Source: Octopus sinensis (lineage: Eukaryota). From it: 64,000 nt of DNA. Within the stretch, counting starts at the first letter, position 1. The number at the start of each line of letters is the position of its first letter. A model generated the notes under the pieces. It was not told the origin of the DNA and did no database searches. It was given only the letters and a program-made list of their open reading frames with translations. Made by a program: the position numbers and the translations under genes. The stretch lies in the NCBI RefSeq assembly GCF_006345805.1, contig NW_021824838.1, positions 2,721 through 66,720 on the forward strand. The letters run 5' to 3'. This document shows positions 13,412-26,200 of this stretch, piece by piece.

Positions 13412-13808
13412 ATTTCAAATTTTGGCACAAGGCCAGAAACTTCGGTGGAGGGAGTACTCAATTACATTGACCTCAGTGCGTAATTGGTACTTAATTTATC
13501 GACCCCAAAAGGATAAAAGTCAAAGTCGATCTCGGCCGAATTTGAACTCAGAATGTAAAGACAGACGAAATACCTATTTCTTTACTACCCACAAGGGGCT
13601 AAACGCAAAGAGGACAAACAAGGACAGACAAACGGATTAAGTCGATTAAATCAACCCCAGTGAGTGACTGGTACTTAATTTATCGACCCCCTAAAGGATG
13701 AAAGGCAAAAATCGACCGCGGCGGAATTTGAACTCACAACGTAACGGCAGACGAAATACGGCTACGCATTTCGCCCGGCGTGCTAACTTTTCTGCCAGCT
13801 CGCCGCCT
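13412..13808 (-). mobile_element. SINE-A young unit fused to the body of an older SINE-A subfamily
   Basis: Junction gacgaaatac|ctatttctttactaccc near 13570; the older part has the tttggcacaaggccag tail. Confidence 0.75.
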
Positions 13809-15046
13809 TACTTACGGAAAATATAAAAATATTAACTTCATTTTTACCTTGTGAATCCGTGAATGTTTTATAACCTGAACCGTCAGTCACCCAACGGGTC
13901 ACAGGTAGTCTAGTCCACGAATATAGTTAAACGAAAGTGTGCCTTCTAAAGCCGACCCGCGAGTTGAAAAGGTTAAGAGCCAACTATTTATCATTCATAT
14001 TATTAGCTTTGCAAAATATAATTACTGGTGACAGAAGCAGTGCTAATACTAAAAGGTAATATTTATTCCCCACTTAAAAGAGGAGGTTGTGTTAGAACAG
14101 AGAATACTGAGTTGCTTACCCCGAGAGGATTTATCATAAGCATTTAAACCTCGCGACTCCTGGTGAGAGTTTCTCTGAAGGTAAATAACGCAATATTCTG
14201 TGTTCTGGCTCAATCTCCACGTTAGTTTTGTAATTAATTTAGATTAGTTCTGTAATTAATTTAATTAGAAGTGAGATAATTCTGCTATGTTAGATAACAT
14301 AATTACACATTTATCTAACGGCATCATAATTTCTGTAATGTCAGTGGCGATGGAAGGCCGAGTGTAAGAGATAATTTGCGGCGTGGGAAAATTCTTTCTT
14401 ATCTTTTTTTTTTATATCCCCTTTAAGTGAGAAGGGAAACCAGAGGCCATGACACTTTTCGGGGTCCCCGAGCATGGTGGGAAAGAAGGAGGACGGTAGT
14501 TATCCTCAAACCGGGGAACTGCTCCGAATGTGTGCAACAAAGTGGACTCCTCTAAACGTACCCAATGTGACCAGGTGGCGGGGTTAAACCAGATTAAATC
14601 TACCATCCAAGCAGACCAAGTCAGCATCTGAAATCAGAACGCAAAGAGCTGGATAAACACGGCAAGGATTTGAACCCAGAGCGTAGGGCGCGGGAACAGA
14701 TACAGCATAATATTCTATTCAATATTCTAATCTGAACCCAGAACCTAAAGTCAGACGAAATGCTGCTAAGCATTTTGCCCGGCATGCTAACAATTCTGCC
14801 AGCTCACCGCCGAATTTGGAATAAATATTAACACGAAATTTTGATGGACGACCTTGATTTAAATAGTTTTAAAAACCGGGAAAATTGTATTTCCCAGCAT
14901 CCAAATCGTCGTAGTTTATAGTGTAAACGTGCAGAGTAAAAAAAACATTCAAACATCGTCGCTATCTTTCCAAGTTCTTTTGCATTTGACATGGATTTGT
15001 TGGTCCTCCAAAGTCGCCGTAGTATATAAGTCGCTCTTCTCTTTTA

Positions 15047-15345
15047 AGCTGTATATTTTGGTCTGACAAATTCAACCTATGTACCAGAAAATACGGTGTT
15101 TCCTAGAACTAGAGATAGTTTTAGGTGGGGCCCTACCTTTTTTAGCTGTATATTTTGGCCTGACAAATTCAACGTGTGTACCAGAAAATACGGTGTTTCC
15201 TAGAACTAGAGATAGTTTTAGGTGGGGCCTACCTTTTTTAGCTGTATATTTTGGCCTGAGAAATTCAACATATGTACCAGAATTTTACGGTATGTTTCCT
15301 AGAACTAGAGATAGTTTTAGCTGTATATTTTGGTCTGAACTAGAG
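15047..15345. repeat. Minisatellite, about 96-97-bp unit, about 3.3 copies
   Basis: agctgtatattttgg recurs at 15047, 15144, 15240 and 15319. Confidence 0.85.
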
Positions 15346-15817
15346 AAGCCTCAGGTGGGATGGTATCAAAAGCAGTAAGAGATTTTTGTATTCTGTCTTC
15401 TTCACAAAACTTTGACCTATATACTTCCATAATAATATCGTTGATAATAAACTCAGATTGTTTAAGCACGTGCTTTACAACAATTTCTTTGTTAGTTTTT
15501 AACTCGTCAGATCCTAGAAACAAATACTTGACTTCCAGTATTCGGTAGAAGCGGGGGGGGGTGCTTCTTTACTGAGTCACCCCATCTTCTTATGTGTTTC
15601 CTTACTGTTTGTCTTAGTTTTGACAGTCATAAATTAAAACTTGACAACAGTTTTGAAGTTGGCCAACTTAAATAGTAATCTTCTTGTATTTTTAAAGAAT
15701 GCGTATTGTACTTTCGTACATATATAATTAATTATGTGTATATAAATGTTTTGTATGTATGTGTGTGCAATGTGTGTGCGTGCGTATGCATTGTGGTATA
15801 TATATACACACATTACG

Positions 15818-15866
<49 letters not shown>

Positions 15867-16024
15867 CTTTTATTCTTTTATTTGTTTCAGTCATTTGATG
15901 CGGCCATGCTAGAACACCGCCTTTACTAAAAGTCCTGGGGTTGATTTCTTCGACTAAAACCCCTTTAAGGCAGTGCCTCAGCATGGCCGCATTCAAATGA
16001 CTGAAACAAGTAAAAGAATAACAC

Positions 16025-16232
16025 CATGATAGATCGTTAGCTCCTACACGCATTTTTTTTCTCTCCGTGTTTCTCTCCTTGTTTCTTTTCTGTGTATCTT
16101 TCTGTCGAAGAGCGTAGGCTCGAAACGTAAAAGACTTGTTCTATTTCTATTCCTGAGCGCCATACTAATACATTTGTTTGTTTGTACTCCACCTGCCTTC
16201 GTCTTTTGTTTATTTTCGTAAACCTTCCCGTT
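16025..16232 (+). mobile_element. About 200-bp Penelope-tail-like interspersed repeat
   Basis: atgatagatcgttagct...gaagagcgtaggctcgaaacgt...ttttcgtaaac followed by (TA)n; further copies at 34523, 56056 and 63275. Confidence 0.55.
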
Positions 16233-16301
16233 ATATATGTATGTTTGTATATGTATATATGTATGTATATGTATATATATATGTATATGTATGTATGTGT
16301 G

Positions 16302-16337
<36 letters not shown>

Positions 16338-17168
16338 TATAAATATATATATATATATTTATAAATATACATGTATATATATATATGTTTATTTTTCTTA
16401 TGACTTTTTTGAGGTTATCAAATCATGATCGAATGACCAGTGTTGGCCCAACCCACCATGTTTCCAAATATATTACATTCTGTATATTTACACGAACTGA
16501 ACTGTCTGCAATTGACCCTGATTAATTGACTTGATGCAGACTCAGATAATAGCAGGCTAAGAGGCGTGCAGCTTTTGACATCTCACTGCATGAGACCGCT
16601 CTTGTTACTATGGTTCTGTGATACAAACTTCCTTTTTTAAAGTGATCTAAAATTAAATCTGTCCATTACAATCTCATGTTCATTTACGTTCCAAACATCA
16701 GCATGATAACATCAAACTCTATTCTTACTGTATTCTTCATTATTTTCGAAATTAATTGCACCCTCGCCCCACACCACAACCCCCACCCCCGCAGAATTAT
16801 GTTAACGAATGAGTTACGTGAACGAAGCACTTAAAATACTTTGGTAAACGGACAGTCATTAGCACCTACTTAACACTTTTAATTAATGGATTCTAGTTGT
16901 ACCACATGACTACCATTGAAAATATTATCACCGTTATCAGATCTTGTTAAGGTTTTAACTAGATGGTTCCAGGTTCGGTCCCATTGCGTGGCACCTTGGT
17001 CTGGAGTCTTCTACTATAGCCTCGAGCCGACCAAAAGCATTGTGAGTGAATTTGGTAGACGGAAACTGAAAGAAGCCCAACGCATGTATACATACATACA
17101 TACATACATACATACATACATACATACATACATACATACATACATACATGTATATATATATATATAAA

Positions 17169-17399
17169 GGCGGCGAGCTAGCAGAAACGTTAGCACGCCG
17201 GGCGAAATGCGTAGCCGTATTTCGTCTGCCGTTACGTTCTGAGTTCAAATTCCGCCGAGGTCGACTTTGCCTTTCATCCTTTCGGGGTCGATAAATTAAG
17301 TACCAGTTACGAACTGGGGTCGATGTAATCGACTTAATCCGTTTGTCTGTCCTTGTTTATCCCCTCTGTGTTTAGCCTCTTGTGGGTAGTAAAGAAATA
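17169..17399 (+). mobile_element. SINE-A single full copy in (TA)n
   Basis: ggcggcgagctagcagaaacg (A-box) ... gagttcaaattcc (B-box) ... gtagtaaagaaata. Confidence 0.85.
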
Positions 17400-17682
17400 T
17401 ATATATATATACATATATGTGTGTGTGTGTGTGTGTATGACGGTGTTTGACCCCGCCACAGTTTGTCTATCAAACTCACTCAAAAGACATTGGTGAACTT
17501 GGGATTATAAGAGAAGTCATCTGCCTAAGATGCCCCCTAGTGAGCCTGAACCTGAAACCACGTGGTTGTGAAGCATGTTTTTAAATCATGCAACCATGCC
17601 CACCACTATACATGGATTTTCGTTCTGTTATTTGAGACATAAAACTAATTCACTGCTCCTCTTTTTCTCTTTCTTTGCAGAG

Positions 17683-18168
17683 ATGGGACTACAACAGTCG
17701 AGATTAAATAATGCGCTCCAAATACGAACTGGAGACCAGAGGGAATCTTCGACCGATTCCAATGTTTATGTTATCCTACATGACACTTCGGAAACAAAAA
17801 GCGAGATGATTCTTCTTGACAACTGGTGCAGAAATGATTTTAAAATCGGGGCCCTCGACACGTTTAATATTAAACTTCCGGATTCGTTCACAGAAGTGAG
17901 TAAAATCGAAATCTGGACGGAGCCTTGTTCAATCGAATTAACATCTTCGAACTGGTATATAGACACGATTAAATTTGTGCGCCGTTTTAAAGGAGAAAGT
18001 GTAATGTTTCCAGTTTTCCGATGGATTAAACCAAAGCACCATTATTATATTTACCCGTGGGATACATTTTTGCCTCAGAACGATCCAGATGAAAAGCAAC
18101 GGGAAGGCGAAATTGACTACAAACGGGAGATTTACCAGATCAAATACGCAGAAGGTGCTCCTATTTTG
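17683..18168 (+). CDS. LOX-1 coding exon 1 (PLAT/LH2 domain)
   Basis: Acceptor ttctttgcag ends at 17680 and ATG is at 17683. [34 protein letters not shown]...[16 protein letters not shown]...WYIDTI...FPVFRWIKP...GAPIL; donor gtaagt at 18169. Confidence 0.93.
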
Positions 18169-19784
18169 GTAAGTATATTTCTAAGAAAGTTTATAAGCAT
18201 AATTTGTAAGAAAACGTTCGGTTATTTCGGTTTTGGCTATGTTCCTTGTTTGGATTGGATTGGAAGCACACCGTCGGTTACGACGACGAGGGTTCCGGTT
18301 GATCAGAATCAACGGAACAGCCTGCTCGTGAAATTAACGTGTAAGTGGCTGAGCACTTCACAGACACGCGTCCCCTTAACGTAGTTCTCGGGGATATTCA
18401 GCGTGACACAGAGAGGGACAAGGCCGGCCCTTTGAAATACAGGTACAACAGAAACAGGAAGTAAGAGTGAGAGAAAGTTGTGGTGAAAGAGTACAGCAGG
18501 GATCACCACCATCCCCTGCCGGAGCCTCGTGGAGCTTTAGGTGTTTTCGCTCAATAAACACTCACAACGCCCGGTCTGGGAATCGAAACCGCGATCCTAC
18601 GACCGCGATCCTACGACCGCGAGTCCGCTGCCCTAACCACTGGGCCATTGCGCCTCCACTATGTTCCTTGTAGTAAGCCGATGAAACGCGTTCAAAATTT
18701 CTCGTATTCTCGTATATTCCATTTTCCGTTTCTATCATTTGTTTTATATTTATGATGCTGTTTAACTGCAAGTCAGTCCTGATTGAGTAAATCTATAAAC
18801 CAATGCATCCTATTCCAGCTTTGATAATCTCGTTTGCTTTAAGGGCATGGTGATCCCAGATCTACATTATTGTAGATCCCTTTGAATCCTATTTCACTCG
18901 GGTCGACCCTCATAGCCATTCAACCTTTAAAAAAGTCTATTATATTTTTATGATTAAATATTATTAGAAATCTTAAGAAAAATGTTAAAAAAGTTCGTGT
19001 TTTGCAGAAGCAGAACCAATTTTTTGCGTATAATTTTTAACAATGTAATCTTATATGGGGCCCACAAGGGCTATAAAGACCCTGGTAGTGAATCACGGCT
19101 CTAGATATTTTTTATAATAGCAGACCGTGATCTGAGGGGCGATTTGGTTGCTATTTCTTACTGTTTGTGCATCCGCATCGAGACTCCTTTGGAAAGTACA
19201 CCGAATTAAATGCCTTCTAGTAAGGTGTAATGAAATAACAATGTGTTGAACCCTCGTTTTTCTTTATTTCCTTGCTTTCCACCACGGCTGTCATAAAAAT
19301 GATTTTAAGCTCATCCGATTCTAGCAGCAAAAGAAAACGATAGAATAAATAATAGGTTTACAAAAAATAATTCCTGGGGTCGAATAGTTCGACTAAAGGC
19401 GGTGCTCCAGCATGGCCGCACTCATTTGACTGAAACAAATTTAAAAGTAAAAGAGTAATGATCCATATAAGCTATAATCTTATATATATATATATATATT
19501 TTTTTTTCCTGTACAGTGTGAGTCTCTGCCGATCGACGAAGAATTCTCTGCAAAATACATGGTAAGTATTGGAAATATGTTTCTATACTGGTTAGCCATG
19601 ACAATGTTCCTTTTTCTAATTTTGATAAAATACCAAGTATTTTGACGGGAGGGGGTAAGTTGATTACATCGGCCTCAGTACTTGACTGGTACTGTATATC
19701 ATCGATCCCGAAAGGATGAAAGGTAAAGTCAACCTCCGCATACATACATACATACATACATACATACATGCATACATACATACA

Positions 19785-19820
<36 letters not shown>

Positions 19821-19902
19821 CATACATACATAAATACATACATACATACATACATACATACATACATACATACATACATAAATACGTACATACATAAATA
19901 CA

Positions 19903-19934
<32 letters not shown>

Positions 19935-19944
19935 CATACATACA

Positions 19945-19980
<36 letters not shown>

Positions 19981-20062
19981 CATACATACATAAATACATA
20001 CATACATATATACATACATACATATATGCATGCATGCATACATACATACATACATAAATACA

Positions 20063-20098
<36 letters not shown>

Positions 20099-20212
20099 CA
20101 TACATACATAAATACATACATACATACATATATACATACATACATATATGCATGCATGCATACATACATACATAAATACAAACATACATACATACATACA
20201 TACATACATACA

Positions 20213-20248
<36 letters not shown>

Positions 20249-21868
20249 CATACATACATAAATACATACATACATACATACATATATGCATGCATGCATA
20301 CATACATACATACATACATACATAAATACATACATACATACATACATACATACATACATACATGCATACATACATACATACATACATACATACATACATA
20401 CATACATGCATACATATACACGCACACATTAAAAAGTGATAGGCAAGGATGAAAGCTAAAAAAAAAGAAGAAAAGCAAACAAACTCTTGATCATACAAAG
20501 TCACAAGTGCCCACCAAAAATACGTGAGGTCCGAAGAACTCGCTGCACTCATCAATGTCTAGAATTAGTCGGACCAATATTATCAAATTCCTAGAATGCT
20601 AAAGCTCGGCAGAACCAGAAAAAAACATAGACTCGTCATTTCCCGAGACAAACTCTCAGATAAAAACGGAAAAGCTAAACATTGACTTACATAAAAGCAC
20701 TCTTGGCCCTCTCCAAATTACAATATGCATTTAAGCCACTTCAGTCAACCATCAGCTTTATAGTGAGAACATATGATGGTTGATGGTTTCAACAACGCCA
20801 AAACCTTCCCACGTGTAATAATTCTAACTACGATCGGCATCAAAGCTTTTAGTTTCCTTTTCTGTTACCCGCTTTAACAAAACTACCCGATATAACACTA
20901 AACAATAACACCAAGCTGGGTAGCATACGATCTGGCAGGCTTATTACACAGTGTTCAAGAACGTCTTTCGCAGAATTTGTAAATTCTCCGAATGGTGTAG
21001 CACAATAATCTCTTTTCTCGGCTTATCTTTTAATCTGTACCTGCATGACCCTCCTCGCCTCTCAATATGTACAACCTCACACAAATGGTTTCATACATCC
21101 TTCCTCCTTCCTTTACTATGTATGCGTGTGCTGTGTACGCAATGGGATTGTTGTGACTCCTAATATTTACCTTCAGTGTGGGAAGTCTACTTGAGCTGTT
21201 GAGTACGATGGTTGATGTAGCCCGGCGTTGCTTGTACGACAGAAGAGGCTGGTATATAAGTTCTCCAAACTTATATCAATCACTCAGAAATCTGTCGCTG
21301 ATCGTTCACTAACACTTAACTAATCCTCTTAGTTAACTTTAGATAAGATTTGGCGACAATAGGAATATCCGGTTATAAGTATCTTATCTCAAATAGTCGC
21401 CGCTTAATCTATGCTAGCCTGGGAAAACCAGACGTTAAACGAATGAACAAAATCCCTCTCTCTCTCTTCTTACAAACAAAATCAGAGAACATTAAATCTC
21501 ACCAACCCTCCAGCCAACCAGCCAACCGTTTCACTCAACAACGCGAATATGAACCATACAAAGAAGACATCTTATCCGCCTGTTGTTATTTATTTATTTA
21601 TTATTCACCTCTCTCGGAACCTGCTCCTTGCGTAGATCCGAAGCATATTATGGACCGTACATTTAGCACAATGCACGTTTCTTGACTAGGCTCAGGGCTA
21701 TTCATATACCCGACCAGGTACAGCTAATCGTTTACATAACCTGAACATCTTTCTGCCTCTACTTCGGTAGCTGCACATTTATTCCTCCATTTTTGATGTG
21801 TACACGTTTTACTTTTCAATCCGACCCGGTGCCTTACCATTTAAGGGCCCAATTCACTTGAATCCTGA

Positions 21869-21916
<48 letters not shown>

Positions 21917-21927
21917 TATATATATAT

Positions 21928-21979
<52 letters not shown>

Positions 21980-22918
21980 GTGTGTATCATAATATATTTA
22001 TTATAAATTATGTGTCATTCTCTGATATAGAACTCAATACGAGTTTTTAGAACAGAATAGATAGATATGTTTATTATATCAAAAGCCAACCATCTACTCG
22101 GAGTTCAGATCCAAGTTGGGCTGCAAAAGCCAGTCGTAAGTAGCCCGCCCTGGGGCGAAACTCAGAGCAAGCTATCAACCCTTGGTTTAAAAAAACAATA
22201 GGATTGTCATAAAACATTAAATTCTTCAATGTAAAAACACGCTAATTAGAGAGAAAAACAATTAAGTGTCGAATAATTACTAGATTGAAAATATTCTGTT
22301 GTGCGGTATATCTCATATAATGGAGTCAATCCCAGTGAAATTGGTTAATTACAGAAAAAAAAAGAGGAAAATAGCATGTTATACATATTTCTCAAGCCCC
22401 TAAAATTCTTGTGTGTGTGTGTGTGTGTGTGTGTGAATCAGATCCTTATGTTTAATAAATATATTTAGCTTCGGTTTGAAATTAAGCCCTCATGGTTAAG
22501 GCACGGTGGATTCTAGCGGTTTTGGAATTAGAAGATAATGACGATTGCCGTCATCATAAGGGATCTGTAGCTTTCTGCCGGAAGAAAGTAGCATAAAACT
22601 ATTTAGTGAACATGTAAACAAATATGTTTCCCAAGCACAAACTCGTTTACTTAAATAGTTCGAGGTGAACCGGTCCCAGTGTTAATGACTCTAGCATCAA
22701 ATAAAGTGGGAGTGATGAATGAAGGATGTATACACGACCATATCTACACATGGGGAATGGAAATGGTTTTTAACAGGAAATTAAAATTGCGATTCTGGCA
22801 TGATGATTTCCTTAGAATTTCTTGTTTTACTCGAAAAAACTCCACAGAAAGTTCCGGAGTTAATGTAATCGACGTAAATTCTCCCATCGAAACTGCAGGC
22901 TTTCTGCCAAAACGTGAA

Positions 22919-22975
<57 letters not shown>

Positions 22976-23021
22976 GCTACTGCTGCTGCTACCACCACCA
23001 CCACTACTACTACTACTACTA

Positions 23022-23068
<47 letters not shown>

Positions 23069-23221
23069 TCATCATTTCGTCTGTCTTTACGTTCTGAGCT
23101 CAAATTCAGCCGAGGTGACTCTGCTTTTTATTCTTTCGGGGTCGAAACAATGGGGTCGATCAAATCGACTGGATCTTCCTCCTCACCCAAATTTCAGGCC
23201 TTGTGCCTATAGTAGAAAGAC

Positions 23222-23255
<34 letters not shown>

Positions 23256-26200
23256 GATTTTAAAGGCGGCGAGCCGGCAGAATCGTTAGCGCGCTGGACG
23301 AAATGCTTCGCTACGTTCTGAGTTCAAATACTACAGAAGTCGACTTTGCCTTTCATCCCTTCGGTGGTCAATATATTAAGTACGAGTGAAACACTGGGGT
23401 CGATGTAATGGACTAGTCCCCATCCCACAGATTTGAGGTCTCGTGCCTCCGGTACAAAGGATTACGAAGGTGGTGAGCTGGCAGAAACGTTAGCATGCCG
23501 GTCAAAATGCTCAAAGTTATTCCGTCCGTCTTTACATTCTGAGTTCAAATTCCCCCGAGGTCGACTTTGCCTTTCATCCTTTCGGTGTCAGTGAAATAAG
23601 TATCAGTGATATACTAGGGCTGATGTAATCAACTTGATCCGTCCTCCGAAATAGCCTTGTAGCAAAATTAGAATCCATTATTATTATCATAAAGGAATCG
23701 TTAAAACGCCGGACAAAATGCTTAGCGGCATTTCGTCCGTCCTTACGTTCTGATTTCAAATTCCACTGAGGTCGATTTTGCCTTTCATTCTTTCGGGGTC
23801 GATAAACTAAGTACCAATTGTGCGCTGGGGCCCGATGTAATCGACTTAATTACTCCTGATAATGAGTATAAAAACTGCATCCTTCCGCTTACCTAAAATT
23901 GCTGGCCTTGTGCTAAAATTAGAAAGAATTATTAATTTGCATCTATAAAGGGGAGAGGAAGCCGAATCGTTTGATGGCTGGCAAAACGCTTGGCTGTATT
24001 TATTCTGGCTCTTGAGGTTCAGAGTTCAATTTCCACCGGGGTTAAGTTATCATTTCCTGGTCGATAAAATAAAGTACCCTTCAAGAACTAGAATCGATGG
24101 TATCACCCTACCTCCCCGCATCCTTTCAAAACTGCTGGTATTGATTAATTCGAGCCTAATTCTTTGGGTGGAATATTTCGTAAACCATCTTAAGAAGGGG
24201 TTTGGAAATTTGGAATTGACTTTTTTTTTTATGAGGCTAGCAAAAAGTTTGAACGACTAAAAATAGATTTAGCACAACTCGGGATCTCTGTTCAGAGACA
24301 AGACCCTGCCAGCGTTCGTTTTTTATCCTCCATCTCTCTAGGATCCATGAAAAGTTCCAGTCAACTACAGAACTTGTTATAGTCGGTAACATCCGTCCTT
24401 CAAAATATGTGTGTAGCCAAACACTATGGTAGACGTCACTTGCCTGAGGTACCACACGGGTTTGTTTCACTGCGTGAGACATTAGCATTTAGTTTTCTTC
24501 AGGTTGACCAAAGCCTTGTGAGTGGATTTTAATATTCGGAAACTGAAAGAAGCTCGTTAAGGGTACGTGTGTCTGTGGAGTGCTCAGCCACTTGCACGTT
24601 AATTTCACGAGCAGGCTGTTCCGTTGATCGGATCAACTGGAACGCTCGTCGTCGCAACCGACGGAATGCCAGTACATTTTACATTGTTATCAATCGAATT
24701 CTTTTTAACCAATAAAACCGTTTAATCTCTAAATTTGTCGTCTCTTTCAGTGGAACATGTTAACGAACAAACTGGATGTGATTCTGAGGGGAATATATAC
24801 CAGAATTATTACAGACTCCTGGAAGACATTGGATGATTTAACCAATGTTTATCAAGAAGAAAAACTTACGGAACCCGAGGTGTGTACTTCAATGGCGTAT
24901 TTTTTCATCACTTTTTAAAATTTTTTATGTAAATATTGATATTCAATGCCCCTTTTTTTCTCTTTCGTTTTGTACCATAATTTGTGAGTGATGTTTATAG
25001 GCGCTGGTATGGCTGCGAGTTTAAGGAGTTTGCCTCCCGGCCACAAGGTTTCGCGTTCAGTCCTACCGCGCGGCATCTTCGGCAATTGTCTTCCTCTTCA
25101 GATCCTCTCCAATTTTGAGTGGATTTGGTATACGCTTGTGTTTGAAACAATAACTTTGCCGCATCACTTATTTTCGGTTTCAATTTACCATCCCCAGTCG
25201 GCCTTATGCACCCTTGATATCTTTGATTTCAATATTTTACTTTCTTATTGTTATTTCTATATCTGAAGCAGTTCTGGTCTTGTTTTCTGTATCCCATAGT
25301 CTGTTAAATTCTGGAGGGAAGATACATGGTTTGGATATCAACGTCTAAATGGTTGCAATCCCACAGTAATTACCCTCTGTGAAGAAATACCATCCAAGTA
25401 AGTCGAGATTCTTTTCAGAACAATTAATGAAAACCAGACTCGTCTGTCGCTAAATTATCGTTTCAGGAAGTTAGAAAATTCGGTTAAGTTCGAATTCCAC
25501 GTGGAGCCGATACCGCATCTTGTTTTGATGGGCTTTCGTCAAAGAGAAAGAGAGAAAAATAATAATTTACAAGTGGTTTTAGTAAATCTGTTCTTAGAGC
25601 TGCTATAAACATTTCGAGTAATTTCCTCTCTTCAAAGTCAAAACGTCACGATTTTTGTTTCAGCGCGGGTATCACAACTTTTCAGTGGACACCTTTTTAG
25701 CTTCGATTTTTTTTTGTGACGAGAGGTAATGGTCGAATAGTAATCTATGTTTTAAAAAATATTCTATGAAAGTTTCAATAAATGATGAAAACATTGGGTT
25801 GGTGCATAATTATTGCGGCATTTTTTTTTTTTCAACAAATTTTATCCAACAAAAACAATAGCAATATCTAGCAAAAACATCGTTAAATGACGGTCTGACC
25901 GTCTGCCAAGCAAGTAGGAAGCAGTAATTGAAGTAGATGGTGAATATTCTCCGGAATAATCATTTAAAGATGTTTTTGTTACATGTTATTGTTTTTGTTG
26001 AATAAAATTTATTGAAAAAAGTCGCAATAATTATGCACCAGCCCAATATATTAACGGAATTATTCTATGAAAAAATCGTTTCGATGTCATCCTACACCAT
26101 ACGAACTTATCCTTCTTAAGATAGTTTCTTTTAACCAAGTGAACCAGAATTATTAAAATGTTATTATCAGTTTGAATATGCTTGAGGCACGTTTGAACCA

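Noticed and set aside
1-17680. Upstream allene oxide synthase (catalase-like) domain fused to the LOX, as in coral AOS-LOX
   Set aside because: No catalase-like exon was recognisable in 17.6 kb, and the ATG with an MGxxxS start follows the acceptor directly. A fusion to exons further upstream cannot be fully excluded without transcripts.
17575-18384. 269-aa ORF as a single-exon protein
   Set aside because: Only 17683-18168 is exon. The 5' part is intron before a clear acceptor, and the 3' part reads through the gtaagt donor into intron and SINE-C.
19422-20555. Long MYVC/HTYI-repeat ORFs (up to 377 aa)
   Set aside because: Translation of a stop-free (TACA)n microsatellite in intron 2.
20480-21780. 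Possible LTR/Gypsy remnant ([20 protein letters not shown]... on the minus strand)
   Set aside because: Only a faint resemblance to an integrase C-terminus; no paired LTRs, PBS or catalytic motifs could be confirmed by eye. A translated HMM search would settle it.
22679-23321. Poly-T/L/Y/V ORFs
   Set aside because: (ACT)n microsatellite plus SINE-A.
24237-24488. Minus-strand 83-aa ORF as a gene
   Set aside because: No splice context; at best a very degenerate reverse-transcriptase remnant.
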